The position numbers were made by a program, and so were the translations under genes. A stretch of DNA of 60,627 bases, the filler included, from Sphacelaria rigidula (Eukaryota): assembly GCA_964200075.2 (NCBI GenBank). It is 7 parts of 7 records of this genome, joined end to end, with 100 filler letters (N's around TTAATTAATTAA, not from the genome) between each part and the next. Parts side by side here need not be neighbours in the genome. Positions count along the whole stretch, not along the records: positions 26,029 to 34,603 come from CAXNAA020010731.1; positions 34,704 to 43,278 come from CAXNAA020010732.1; 5 more parts are not named here. One strand, written 5' to 3'. The notes under the pieces are model-generated. The model saw only the letters and a list, made by a program, of their open reading frames with translations. It had not been told where the DNA came from and ran no database searches. This document shows, one piece after another, positions 26,029-37,586 of this stretch (position 1 is the stretch's first letter; the number at the start of each line of letters is the position of its first letter).

Positions 26029-26291
26029 CCAGGGAGTCTACGCGCCAACTCCAACCATGGCGCCCACACATTCGGCTCTTCTCCCGCTCATTTGCCGGTC
26101 ATGGTCGCCACAACGACCACGCCCCTTCCTCCCCGAAAATGGTTCTGGAGTCTCTCCGCGACGACACAATAACTGGACTAACAACTCACAACGCGTCAGT
26201 CTTTTGTGATGCAGGAGGTTGTGGAACACCGTACTGTTCCGATCTCGGGGCTGGTGTCACGGTCAAGCTCGGCTCTTATGTCACCAACCAA

Positions 26292-26570
26292 TATGGGATC
26301 TTACAAGTTGGGAATGGATCTTATATTGAGGATAAGAAACCCGTAGAATTAAAATCTTCGTATCCACACCAAATCTTCGAAATATGGTTTCATTTCTTCA
26401 CCTGCTGGTAGCTTTTGACAACAAGTACACGTTATACAAATGTGAATCTCGGTGACCGAAACGTTGGGGTCCTAGGTGAAGAACAAATTTTGGGGAATTT
26501 GGGGTGTCCGAACGGACGCCAAAATGGTTCCGAAATTGGTTCCGAAATTGGTTCATCACCTAGGGCCGTA
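26292..26570. mobile_element. Half copy of the CAC...GTG foldback MITE
   Basis: Shares agaattaaaatcttcgtatccacaccaaatcttc...ggggtcct.ggtgaagaa with 30533-30960 and 41009-41418. Confidence 0.8.
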
Positions 26571-27402
26571 ACAATCAACACATCATTAACGGGTGAATGT
26601 GTTTCTGTGCGTGGTCTCAGACAGGAGGTGAATAAATAAATGAACCAATTAATGAATGAATGAATAGTCCTCTCCATTTCCTCCTTGAAAAATACAGTTC
26701 GACGACTGGTGCCTTGTGACACTGAGAGTCGGAAAATGCTCAGCTCGTCCTACCCATGTTAAAAAAAAACTACGCGAATATACAACCACATGTCTCAATC
26801 TTTCCAAAATACTCTCGGAGCAATGGAGCAAATCAACGTATCAGTGAAATCGACCAGTCACATCACACACATACCCCTGACATTCAATTCTTGCTATGAA
26901 ACAAAAATGATATCTGCAGTGCCGATAAAAGTCTAAAGCCGTATATGCAACTACACCCAACACGTCCGTGACACAAATCGAGTCCTTTATACAGCTGCAT
27001 ACTCATCAAGTAGGTGGGAAAAACCACGGCATCTTTCGCTGGGCGAGTAATTCAGGGCAAAAGATTTCAGCTATGAAAATAATGCAATCCCAACCAACCA
27101 CTTTTTGGTCCCGGTCACATGTACAATACGTAGTATGTAGCACCACACGGTCAAGAGAGAGCGTGAGGGAGAGAAAAGTGGCAAACATGCAACTTCCTAA
27201 AAGGCCGGAATACAAAATCTGAAAGCTGATTGGCCAGTATTCCTTGGTTGACGCCTGACGTCAGCAGAATTCCTCCAGTTTCCTAATGCACTTTAATGAG
27301 ACAAAAACGAGCACAACTATAAGTGCTGATGGGCCAACAAACGACGCACCCACACACACAAATCGCAGACAGAGGGTGGGATATGTGAAACCCTGGACCG
27401 TA

Positions 27403-27808
27403 TCATCTCCGCCTGGCTCGGGCGTATGTCACGGCTAGAACCATCCCAACACTGACAGCAACCAACACTCCCGACACATAAGCACCCCGTCCCCATCTCG
27501 CCTCTCTACTACCCCTTATACAATTTTCATCATCTCCGACGAAAATGTCGACACGGTCAGCTGGCGTAGACCGCGCGGCCTCCCCCGTTCGTCTTCCACT
27601 TAGCCCGCTGCCCTGCTTTCTCCTACTTGCAGTACCGCGGCCTCCCCGCTTGCCGTTCTTGGACACAAGGTCTTCTATATCGGCCGGAGCTTTACCGCCG
27701 ACCTGTTCTCCTCCGCACGATGTGTCCTTCCCGCCAGAGGTGGCCCCTTTGCCTACGACCCTGACGGCCAGTTGGCCGCACGCACCGTCTATGTCTCGAC
27801 CGTGGTGT
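27403..27808 (-). CDS. rlmN: Last exon of an RlmN/Cfr-family radical-SAM RNA methyltransferase with C-terminal TM segment
   Basis: ctcag|A CAC CAC GGT gives (R)HHGRDIDGACGQL, the catalytic Cys motif. A linker follows, then GAYVSGVLVAVSVGMVLAVTYARARRR*. Confidence 0.88.
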
Positions 27809-29350
27809 CTGAGAATTCGGGGGAAAATATTATGACAAGTAGGGGTGTGTGGGAAGCAAGTGCGTCGGATGTGGCAAAGTTGCGAAGGTAGTTACGGTAC
27901 CGAAGGTGGCATGAGGAAAGGCTTGTCAAATTTGAAAAGGTGGCGTTCTGTCGCGTAAACCGGCTCAAAATCGGGTATTTACAGAAAATTTTAAAAGATG
28001 TTTCATCGGGAAATACCCTATAGCCCTTTTGGGACCGACCCTCCACTAACGCGGGTTGACCATGTGTTATTGAAACAATGAAAATGGTCAGGGAGCGGTC
28101 TGCCCAATTACGGCGAGGCGAAATTTATCGACTACACCCGAACGACCAGCGCGGAGACTGTTGCCGAGTGTGATGTCACTGCAAAGATCGTGAGGGGGGG
28201 CTATCCCTGGCCTAGAGAAGCCCTCCCAGGTTTCCAAAGCCAGGATGCCCCGAGCATGGCTTATCATATTACTTGCATTCAGAATAGCGTTCCCGGGATT
28301 TGCCAGGAGGTTTTTAGGTCGCCAGCCTATACTAAAACGTAGTAATTACACTAACACAGGGTGGAGTGGGAAAAACCGGGAAGAAGTGTACATGCCACAA
28401 TGTGGTCATCTCCACGAGGCATTAAACCGAGCTGGGCCGTGGAAAGACGAAAGGAACTATTGTCATGAATTATGCCTATCCCTCTGCCGATGCCTTGCAG
28501 TGTGCAGTTAATATGTATGCAGTGCGCGGGGATGAAGAAGCGGTATATAGGCAATTGATCTCGGTGGCTGAGAACTGCCCAGAACATGCAAGAGAGTATA
28601 CAGCGGCAGCTGTTGCTGCAGTCGGAGAGGCGTACTGCACTGTACTGTACCGTATATATGCGCGCCACAACGCTCATACCCTTCGAAGAGATTTTGCCGC
28701 TTGCAACAAAGAGGGAGATCGCAGTCCACCCTAAACACAAAGGGCTGTGTGGCAAGGTGATGGGGACAATAATACCATCCTAAGCCACAAGTGGCGGGCG
28801 GCCCGCCGGTCGCCGCATCCTGTCGGAAGCTATCTATGGCGACCCATACTGCTTGCTACATGAGATGTACATTACCTAATGCGCAGCCTGCACCTGAAAT
28901 TAAATTGGATGAAAAAAATCGGTCTTCCTCATTACCCTGCGGTTACATACGCTGATTTTCAGCAACATGAAGCCCCTGTTTCGTGCAGACGCCAGACACG
29001 TCCTTCCTAACCAGCCTCATTGGACGTTCTGGAGCTCCAGTCCCAAAAGGGTTAAGGACCATGCCGGAGTGTTCGATTATCCGGTACACATTCCGGTACA
29101 GTGTAGTATGCCACACTGAGAATCCCTCACCTCCGGGTATACCCTAAATAACATCACCTTCAAATTTTTATCCTGTTCTTGCTTCAGTGTCGAGTATGTA
29201 CAATAGTGCAAATGCTATCGTCTCCTGCACGAGCTTACTTCGAGTATGTTGTGAAACTGTTATGCACGTGAATGGGGCCCGATTTGGGCACTAGATATCG
29301 GGAAAATGGACCGACTAACTCCAGAGTCAGTTGAATGCACAAGTAATGAA

Positions 29351-29377
29351 AGGGTTAGGGTTAGGGTTAGGGTTAGG
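29351..29377 (+). repeat. Interstitial (TTAGGG)n telomere-like tract
   Basis: agggttagggttagggttagggttagg, about 4.5 units. Confidence 0.85.
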
Positions 29378-29385
29378 ATTAGCGT

Positions 29386-29870
29386 AAATGAGCCAATCAG
29401 TATCAATCACAAGTAAACGCGTCACTCGAAATGACGACGGCGCTCATACAAAATGTACTATTGCTGTAGTACATTCTACAACACACCTAAGACTGACTTT
29501 GCTGTACACCTGTACTCAAGGTGACAACAACAGGAGGATAGAAGCTGCTCCTCGTGTTGCGGATGTGCCCCTCTTGCTGCAGTATGTTGTTGTGCCTATC
29601 TTTCAACGCTACTTTCTCGGCAACGACGCAGAAGGTTGGAGTGAATTTGAAAAGAGTTCCGTGCGTGCGCCGAGGAGGACGCAGCACTTTGCAAACCGCT
29701 GCACCAAACACAGAACGTAATACAAAACGCGTTTCCTGCAACGTTCTGGAGCTTTTCGGATCCGCTGTGGCGATTCAGCAACTCCGCTTGTCAAACTCAT
29801 CACGTCTGGTGTGTGTGCGGGGGGTTGTGAACTTCCATAGGCCGGTTTGTTTCCTGTCTCGAGATAGTAG
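29386..29870 (+). repeat. Dispersed repeat, copy 1 (unclassified TE-derived)
   Basis: Colinear with 33487-34215 from aaatgagccaatcagtat through gaagctgct..tcgt and tccgctgtggcgat..agca to ggccggtttg. Confidence 0.75.
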
Positions 29871-30532
29871 CGATGAAAAATTCACAGCTGTCGGATACTA
29901 GACCTAGGTAACTTGGGATGGAGCGTGTGTTATGTTCGGCAGAGGTTCCGTGGAGGTTCGGCACAGGCCCGACCAGTCCATGACGTCTTCAATACGTCTT
30001 CAATATCCGTCCGCATTCTGTTTATTTTTTGTGGGCAGACTGCTGCCGAGATAGCTCCCCCCCAACGGGCCATAAAAGTGCACGGAGGCGATGATCATAA
30101 ATGCCGTTAGAGCTGTTTCATGCTGCACGACGCGACTCATTCGGGCGTTCCAGCTGATTTCGGACTACTACAAGCCTCTCACGTGAGCGAAATTGCTGCA
30201 AACGAGCCCAATAGTGGGGTCGCAGCCGGTTTGTCGAACGGTCTCTGAGGCAGTTTTTGTGGGGGGGCTATCTCGGCATTTGTCGGCAATGGATTTTTGG
30301 TCGGTAAGGCCTTCATTCACGGGCATAACTGTAGTACAGGAATTCATCAATCGACGGAGAAACTCTTCTGCTGGTTATTTTGTTTTTCGGCCACGCTTTA
30401 ACCCCTCCGCTTCCTCGAGAAAACATCGGCAACCAAAGGCCATGGGACGCCTTTTTCAGAGAGATCGGCTGTTGACGGACAAAAAGCGACCTGAACGCCA
30501 GGGATCAACCCGTCCGCATAATCGCGAAATAA

Positions 30533-30960
30533 CACGGGATTTTACAAATTGGGGATGGATTATTTATTGGCGATGAGAACCCGGAGAATTAAAATCTTCG
30601 TATCCACACCAAATCTTCTACACATTGTTCCATTTCTTCACTTGCTGGTAGCTATTGACAACTGCTACACGCAATGAAAATTTGGATTTCGATAACCGAA
30701 GTGTCGGGGTCCTGGGTGAAGAAACAATTTTGGGGGATTCAGGTGATCCGACCGGATTCCAAAAGTGTTTTCTCACCTAGGACCCCGACATTTCGGTTAT
30801 CCAAATCCAAATTTGTATGACGTGTAGTAGTTGTCAATAGCAACCAGCAAGTGAAAAAAATGGAACCATACTTCAAAATTTTGGTGTGGATACGAAGATT
30901 TGATTTTACAGGCTTTCATGCCCAATAAAAAAATTAGTCCCCAATTAGTGAAATCCTGCG
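30533..30960. mobile_element. Foldback MITE with CAC...GTG-type termini
   Basis: ~190-bp inverted arms starting cacgggattttacaaattggggatg; homologous to 41009-41418. Confidence 0.85.
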
Positions 30961-31238
30961 TTCAATTCTCTCGCCAACACCAAACAAGCATTGTGCACAC
31001 ACATGCAGTAGCATTACATACAAAGCACGTGGTCGAGCACTATTTTGTTCTGTGCAGAAAGCACCTCAAGTCAATAAAACTCAGCAGACTTGAAACTTGA
31101 CAACGAGATGGTGTTCGGCAGTGGCCAAGACAGGACCCCGACATTCAGATCCTGTCTGAAACCTTCAGCACGACCTGATATATGGTGGCCCGCATCCTGA
31201 TGTGATTACTCTACACTGCGCCCCCCCTCCCCCGGCGT

Positions 31239-31402
31239 GGGGATAAGATATGTAAAAGCTTATTGTGTAATGTATGGAAGAAACGTAATGAGCGCCGGAA
31301 AGTTGAAGATGGCTCTATAAGGAGTAGGAACGGTGCTTCGTCTCGAAAGGGATGCGTGGTCAATGGTGAAACGACTGGGGCAAGCAACAAATGAGTACGC
31401 CA
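31239..31402 (+). mobile_element. LINE 3' end fragment
   Basis: GDKICKSLLCNVWKKRNERRKVEDGSIRSRNGASSRKGCVVNGETTGASNK* then gtacgcc. Confidence 0.85.
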
Positions 31403-31643
31403 AACTGTGTCCATACCTCCGCTGCCCGTGCTAGCTTGAAAGGGTACTCCGGTCGACACAGGACACACACGACGAAGGGCAACACCGCGACAAGCTATAG
31501 GGTTGAGGCAGAAGGTGAGATTGGAGTTGAGGTTGGTATAGAACGGAGATTCACGAAGCACGCGTTCGTGATTCTGTACATCCAACCCTCGGTGATCGTG
31601 TCGCGATGCCTTATTGTACACTACACTATCCGGTGCGTCTCGC

Positions 31644-31789
31644 CTGCGAATGGTCACCAACAAGCCGTAATCGTCGTGCACGATCGTCTTGAAGCTCTGC
31701 AATGCCTCTTCCGTCGGCTCTTTGAACTCCTCAGAGCCGGGCGCATATGTTGGATTGTAGGGGATCAAATTTACAACCACATTGCGCCC
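31644..31789 (-). CDS. rlmN: Internal exon of the RlmN-like methyltransferase
   Basis: gcag|GGG...CGC AG|gcgaga (GC donor). Encodes GRNVVVNLIPYNP...YGLLVTIR, with the NLIPxN motif. Confidence 0.88.
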
Positions 31790-31958
31790 CTGCACAACAC
31801 CGCAACACGATTGGGACAACAGGCATAAATACGGGGGGGGGGGGCGCCCCCATCTGTTGCTCGCCCCAGGCTTCTCATCATCGCCCACGCANNNNNNNNN
31901 NCAAATCCAACCCCGCAGTCAAAAGAGCAGCACTTAAGGGACCACACAGACCGACCGC

Positions 31959-32040
31959 GTGGGGGGGGGCGTACTCATTTGTTGCTTGCCTCAGTCTTTT
32001 CATCATCGATCACGCATCCCTTTCGAGACGGAGGGAGCAT
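31959..32040 (-). mobile_element. LINE 3' end fragment with C-tail
   Basis: Minus strand gives PSRKGCVIDDEKTEASNK* then gtacgcccccccc. Confidence 0.8.
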
Positions 32041-32252
32041 ACGAGGCAGGGGCGGGAGTATCCTACTTTCAAACGTGCCCGGCTCAAAAACGGGGGTCGG
32101 ACTTAGCGCTCCACGCTTCACCGACTTTTGATCGACATACCTACATATTCGACCGGCCGCGTGGTTCAGCACCGTTGTCATTTCCATTGCCATTGCCGAC
32201 AACATTATCAAGGAACATAAGAGCGAAATATCTCGGCATAAATGTATCTCGC

Positions 32253-32460
32253 CTTCAAAAGCTCCCCGAGCTGTCTCCCGCATTCCTCGGTGTCGTTCAC
32301 GCCAGCCAGCATCACATATTCAATCAGTGCCCTTCGCCCTGCGCCCTTCCCCCCCGTGAAGACGCCTGCGATGTGGAACTCCCCTTCCTCATTCCCGACC
32401 GTCGACCCTTCTCCTGCTCCGTCTCCCCTTTGCTTGTCTTTGCTCTCTTGACTGCTGCTA
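32253..32460 (-). CDS. rlmN: Internal exon of the RlmN-like methyltransferase
   Basis: Encodes ...RRALIEYVMLAGVNDTEECGRQLGELLK (EYxMLxGVND motif). Donor AAG|gcgaga. Acceptor cacag|tagcagcag is a tandem NAG, so the exact 5' edge is uncertain. Confidence 0.85.
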
Positions 32461-33486
32461 CTGTGGTCAGGGGGGAAACGATAAATGGTGGGTGAGGCAA
32501 GAAGTACAGCAGCGCAGTACGTTTGATGAGCCAAAAATTATTAGCAGCTCTTCGCACTGAAGTGACGACACGACACCCCTCCCCCAAAAAGGACAAAAAA
32601 ACTGTCACTGATAAATGGTCACAGAGTGCATCGAGATGATGTTTAGTTTCAGAGGCGAAATCTTGATACTGTACATGTTTGAAGAATGCAGATACAGCTG
32701 GTTTCAGGAACCAAGTCTGAACACTTCACATGTAGATCTTACCTGAGTCCCCACTACCCTTTCCTGGGGGGGGGGGCTCCGTCTGCATCACTCACCACCA
32801 ATACCTAGGTGGGTCATGGACGTTTTATACAGGACCAGAATTGATCAACAACAGCTGTCCGCAGTACTCACACTTGAGTGGGCCACAAAAAAATGATAAA
32901 CAACCAGAAATGACCAACAGCTATTTGGAGGGTGATCCTGTCTAACCGTATGTACCGGGTTGTGTGCAGCTGCAAAACATATCACGACAGTAGCCCTACA
33001 CTGCAAGATAGTAAACTGCAACCACCGGGAACCACACATGTGAGACTGCACAGCATCTGTACGCTCAATACCACCCCCTGAGTAAACAGCCCCAGCTGAC
33101 ATATTGTGGGCTGGTTTCGACACCATGTCCCGCTGTAGTGCGAAGGTGCCGCTATCGTGTGGTGGGTCACTTGTCCGACATGTCCGCACTGAGTGGGGAC
33201 CCCGGGACCCCCACTACAACGGCATCGTGCAACTACCTGATTGCAGTACTGTATAGTGGATGGGACCCGTGGCAAGTGATGTCTTGACCATACTGTGTTG
33301 GGGACCCCTTTGTACTGCAATGGGGTCCGTGGTATACCACCCCTAAATCACACGCCGGGTAACGCCTTTTCGGACCCCAAACAGCATTACCCACCGGTGG
33401 TGATACTGTTATGGGTGGGAATGGGGGCCAATTTTGGGGACTATATTTCGAGAAATCGTGCATCGACACCTGTCTACAAAATAACT

Positions 33487-34215
33487 AAATGAGCCAATCA
33501 GTATTAATCAAAGTGCACACGTCACCTCGAAACCACGACCTGGTCCATATGAAATGTACCATGCATTTACATTTCTAAAACAAGCCTGCGACTAACGTCG
33601 CTGTACATCTGTACACAGGGTCACAACAACAGGAAGATCGAAGCTGCTGCTCGTCTTGTTGTTGTGCCCCCCTGTTGTTACAGTAGGTTGGTGTGCCAAT
33701 CGTTCAACGCGGGTATCTCAGCAGCCACGTAGGGGATTGGATTGTGATTCCTTGCGTGCGGTTGCCACACACCCAAACTAGGGAACCATGAAGGAGATTT
33801 CCTTCACCCGTTCCACAAACACTGCACCAAACCAAAATGTACTGAACAGGCTGCTTCGGGCTGTTTTTGGCTGTTTTCAGCAGGCCTCTTTACGTTACAC
33901 GTCACAAATTTCGATACAAGTCACAACTTAACGTTACACGTCACAAAACTCGTCACACGCGAAGCCCTGTGTAAAGTCAAGTCAAATCAAATTAAGCGTC
34001 GGGCCTGGCTAGTACTACGGTGGGGGACCACCGTAGTACTAGCCTGACTTACCTTGTGACGTGTAAGGAACTTTGTGACGTGTGGCGTAAATAGCCCTGG
34101 TTTTTGGTGCTCTCTGAGTCCGCTGTGGCGATCCGAGCAAACGAGTTTCATGATTCCCTTGCTTACGTGTGTGCGCGGTGGGCTGTAAAGTGCCACAGGC
34201 CGGTTTGCTTCTTGT
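33487..34215 (+). repeat. Dispersed repeat, copy 2
   Basis: Homologous to 29386-29870, with extra internal sequence. Confidence 0.7.
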
Positions 34216-34603
34216 GCCGAGAAAGAGGCGATGAAGGTGATGCAGTTGTGGTATACCCAAACCAAGTCAATAAAGGACGAAGCGTGCTTCCTATGCGGAA
34301 CAACTCGGGACAGCTAATGACGTGTGCGTTATTCCTCCGCGATTTTTTCTATTTTCGTCCCGCATGCATTTTTTGGTCGTTATGGACCTCATTCCCACCC
34401 CATAACTGTGTCGCATACCGTATCCATTAGTACATACAGTACAGGGTGACCGATCATGCCAGCATGGGTACACCGTCGGTGACAGACGAATGAAGATACA
34501 GTATAGACGAGAAGAGGGAAAGAATCCCAACCCTTTTGGGACTGGGGCTCCAGAACGACCAACGAGGCTGGTAAGGAATGACGTGTCCTGCATATGCATG
34601 AAA

Positions 34604-34703
34604 NNNNNNNNNNNNNNNNNNNNNNNNNNNNNNNNNNNNNNNNNNNNTTAATTAATTAANNNNNNNNNNNNNNNNNNNNNNNNNNNNNNNNNNNNNNNNN
34701 NNN
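34604..34703. other. Artificial scaffold linker
   Basis: 44N-TTAATTAATTAA-44N. Confidence 0.98.
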
Positions 34704-34776
34704 GGCCACCATCTATCCCCTAGTATAGCCATCGTTTTCTCCCTACTATCTAGTGCATCAAACGATTTCATGCCAC
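34704..34776 (-). mobile_element. LINE ORF2 C-terminal fragment
   Basis: GGMKSFDALDSREKTMAILGDRWW, recalled as the segment preceding PQTAKQEGDK in this brown-algal LINE family. Confidence 0.65.
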
Positions 34777-36351
34777 CTACCGGGAGGGGAGGGGCGTTCA
34801 GACTCGCGCCTTCGCCGCTCGCCGCCGATGTTTTCCCAGTTAATCGGCGGCCGATAAACTGGAAAAATGTCGATGTACTGGCCGCTGGAGCGGCCAGTTT
34901 AAACTTAACTGGCCAGAGCTTCCAGTTCACAGCCTTACCCCTTTTTGCCGTTCCGATCCTCACGCTTCCAACGACGGCTATCATATACTTCCGAGAAAAA
35001 TGCTACATAAGACTCATCCGGCCGGGATCAAATTCGCCTTTCCCCCGCCCTAATGGTGTCAGTTGAACCATTAGATCACCGGGGGGAGGGGGGGGGTTGG
35101 ATTCGATTATTGGCGGGAACTTGCAGGGAATAGACATGGCGGCTAGGCAAACTGAGTGAGTCGGCAGCTGATACGTTTCGAGCGGACATGTGCGTCTTCC
35201 TGAACTTCGACGTTCCCGGTGGACGTCACGGATGATTGTCCCAGACGGGTAACCATGATGGATATTCCGGGCGGGAATCCCAAAGGAATAATGGGATATT
35301 TCAGATGGAAATCGGCACGCAAGACGGATATCCATGTCCGAGATAAATATATCGGGAGGACCTCTGATGCCAGCAAAGACATAAGATTCCAGACCAGCGT
35401 CCCAGATGAAAATCCACACCCCAGATGAAGCTTGCACGACCGTGCGGGGCCCCCTGATTTACGTGATCGTGCTTGTTAGCCCGAGCGCGAGAATCTCTGC
35501 TCTTGGTACCAGTCATGAAAACGCGCGTGTGCCTTTTTGGGGTGAGGAAGTTGTGCTCGCACGCAACTGACCAGAGCCTTGACTGACCGTCTCCCCGTGT
35601 GCGTCGCACACGAATATACCCCATCCGCGCCCCCTATCACACATGATTTAAAAAGGTGTTTTCATTTGTTTTTTGTTCGAGAAAAATGTACTATAACTCA
35701 TGATATTGCATGCCGTAGCCGCAAGAGCGTCGGTCTTGCAACCCTACAAAAGCCGGGATGGACCATGCCGGGTTTTCACCGGGCCAGACTCGCAGTAATC
35801 TCGAAGGGCGAAGGGCCGTGATGTGTTCGGCGAGTTGCATGAAGGGTGAAATGCATCCTACCAGGATTGTTCGGGCAGAGGAGGGAGGTGGGCGACGGCG
35901 CTGACGGCGTATGATCATGCATGGATTTGCTGATAATATCGGGTGAAAGGATATTTTGGTACATGGAGTGAGAGGCATAAATCACTCTCCTATCCCAACA
36001 GGTCAACTTATATGAAATCTTCACTGTCGGATCCTCCACACGGTTGGGGAAAATCAACTTTAACGATAGGTTCCAACCATGGATATGTGTGACGCACATA
36101 TATGCCAGTAAGCGCTGCGTCAGGCTAGGTTAAAGTATCGCGTAACGCTACACAAATGGTACGTGAGTACACTCACATATCTCCTCCTCCACGGCAGGGA
36201 GACCTCGAGAAATAAATCAAGGCCAGTACTCGAATGCAATGAATATGTCGTGCCAGGCCCAATAGACAGCACCTCCGATCTCCTCCACCAAACTCAACCA
36301 GTCCCCCAGAGAACGTCACGTGATATCCACGATTCATCAGGAATTACTCAC

Positions 36352-36536
36352 TGGCCATTATAGACGCGAAAATACTTGAGCTCCTTGGCCAGGTCAGGTC
36401 TGTCAGCAGGATTCACCGAAGGAGCAAAGTCGGCATCGGGGTCCAATTCCGTCGGACCCAGAAGCGTCTCCTGGAGCAAAGCTCGTATTCTTCGCTCCAT
36501 GTCCTCAGAAGAAACGATGAGCTTCACTGGTCGGCC
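36352..36536 (-). CDS. Exon 3 of a PdeD/PdeE-like (metallo-beta-lactamase-fold) cyclic-nucleotide phosphodiesterase
   Basis: ttcag|GGC...GGC CA|gtgagt. Encodes GRPVKLIVSSEDMERRIRALLQETLLGP...PDLAKELKYFR. Confidence 0.8.
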
Positions 36537-37421
36537 CTGAACGAACGTGCACGGGGGGGGGCGGGGTGTATCTGGATGACATCTTGAGGCGCGAACCAAC
36601 ACCGTCTGAACCAAGAGGTGAAATACGGCAATGACTACTCACGGGCAAAGTACAAAGTACGTTTCTTCCACACGAAGTACGTAGAAATGCAAAAATATAC
36701 TGTGCTTTGGGAGAGTTTCGAGATCGTTTCGTTTTTCGTCAGCGTGTACCTCGCGAAGTTGATAGTTCAAAAACCCAATTTCTTCTCGCACACGACAAAG
36801 GTGAAATCAAAAGGCTGAGGTCATAGATACCCATGTTAGGAAGTGCCAAGTCCATGAGATTTACGTTGACAAAAGTCACGCGGGACAAAAAAGACGCGTT
36901 TCCGAAATTCTCTGATGCACGGGTGAACCAGAACGAAGTTTCGACATATGCCGAGCTACTCCGGAATCGGTTTGTCCCGACACATGTCTCCGGCACCCAA
37001 AGCATCGAATAACGGAGCGCTTCCAAATCAAGAATAAATCTCCGAACCGATCCAACGCCGGTTTAGTCCTTGTGCAAAGGTGATGAGGGTGCCTGTACTG
37101 AAGATATATCCCGCGGTGACGCCGCCCAGAAGTGCCGCTGGTACCGCACTAGTGCGCCTGCGCTTTCCTTGTTCTCGCTTCCACTACCGTAGATGACACA
37201 GAACGCTCAACGGTGGTAAACGTGTAGCCTTGATGTTCTCTAGAGACAAGACCCCATGTTTACGACAGGTTCTGCGTGACCACTCTACCTCAACGACAGG
37301 ATAACAACAGCGCAGCAACGGGTGGTGGCGAGGCCTGCCCCGCGGCTGCCACAGATACCGAAATATTGAAGCTTTGTTCACCGAAACTGTTACTGTACAT
37401 CCTGTCCACCACGGTGTTCAC

Positions 37422-37586
37422 CTTCAGGAAGAAGTTATAATATGCGGGAAACTCGAATTCTGCGACGTTGACACCGAGGCTGTTCCCCAGGGTCCGGCAA
37501 AAGCTGTCCTGTGGCACCAAGTAGTACTGCGGCACGGGAAGTCCCGACGACAGCGAGTCTTTGATAGTCTCCGGAGGAATACCGAT
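37422..37586 (-). CDS. Exon 2 of the PdeD/PdeE-like phosphodiesterase
   Basis: ccag|ATC...AAG|gtgaac, 165 nt. Encodes IGIPPETIKDS...VP.YY.VP...AEFEFPAYYNFF, a conserved N-terminal motif of this family. Confidence 0.85.
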
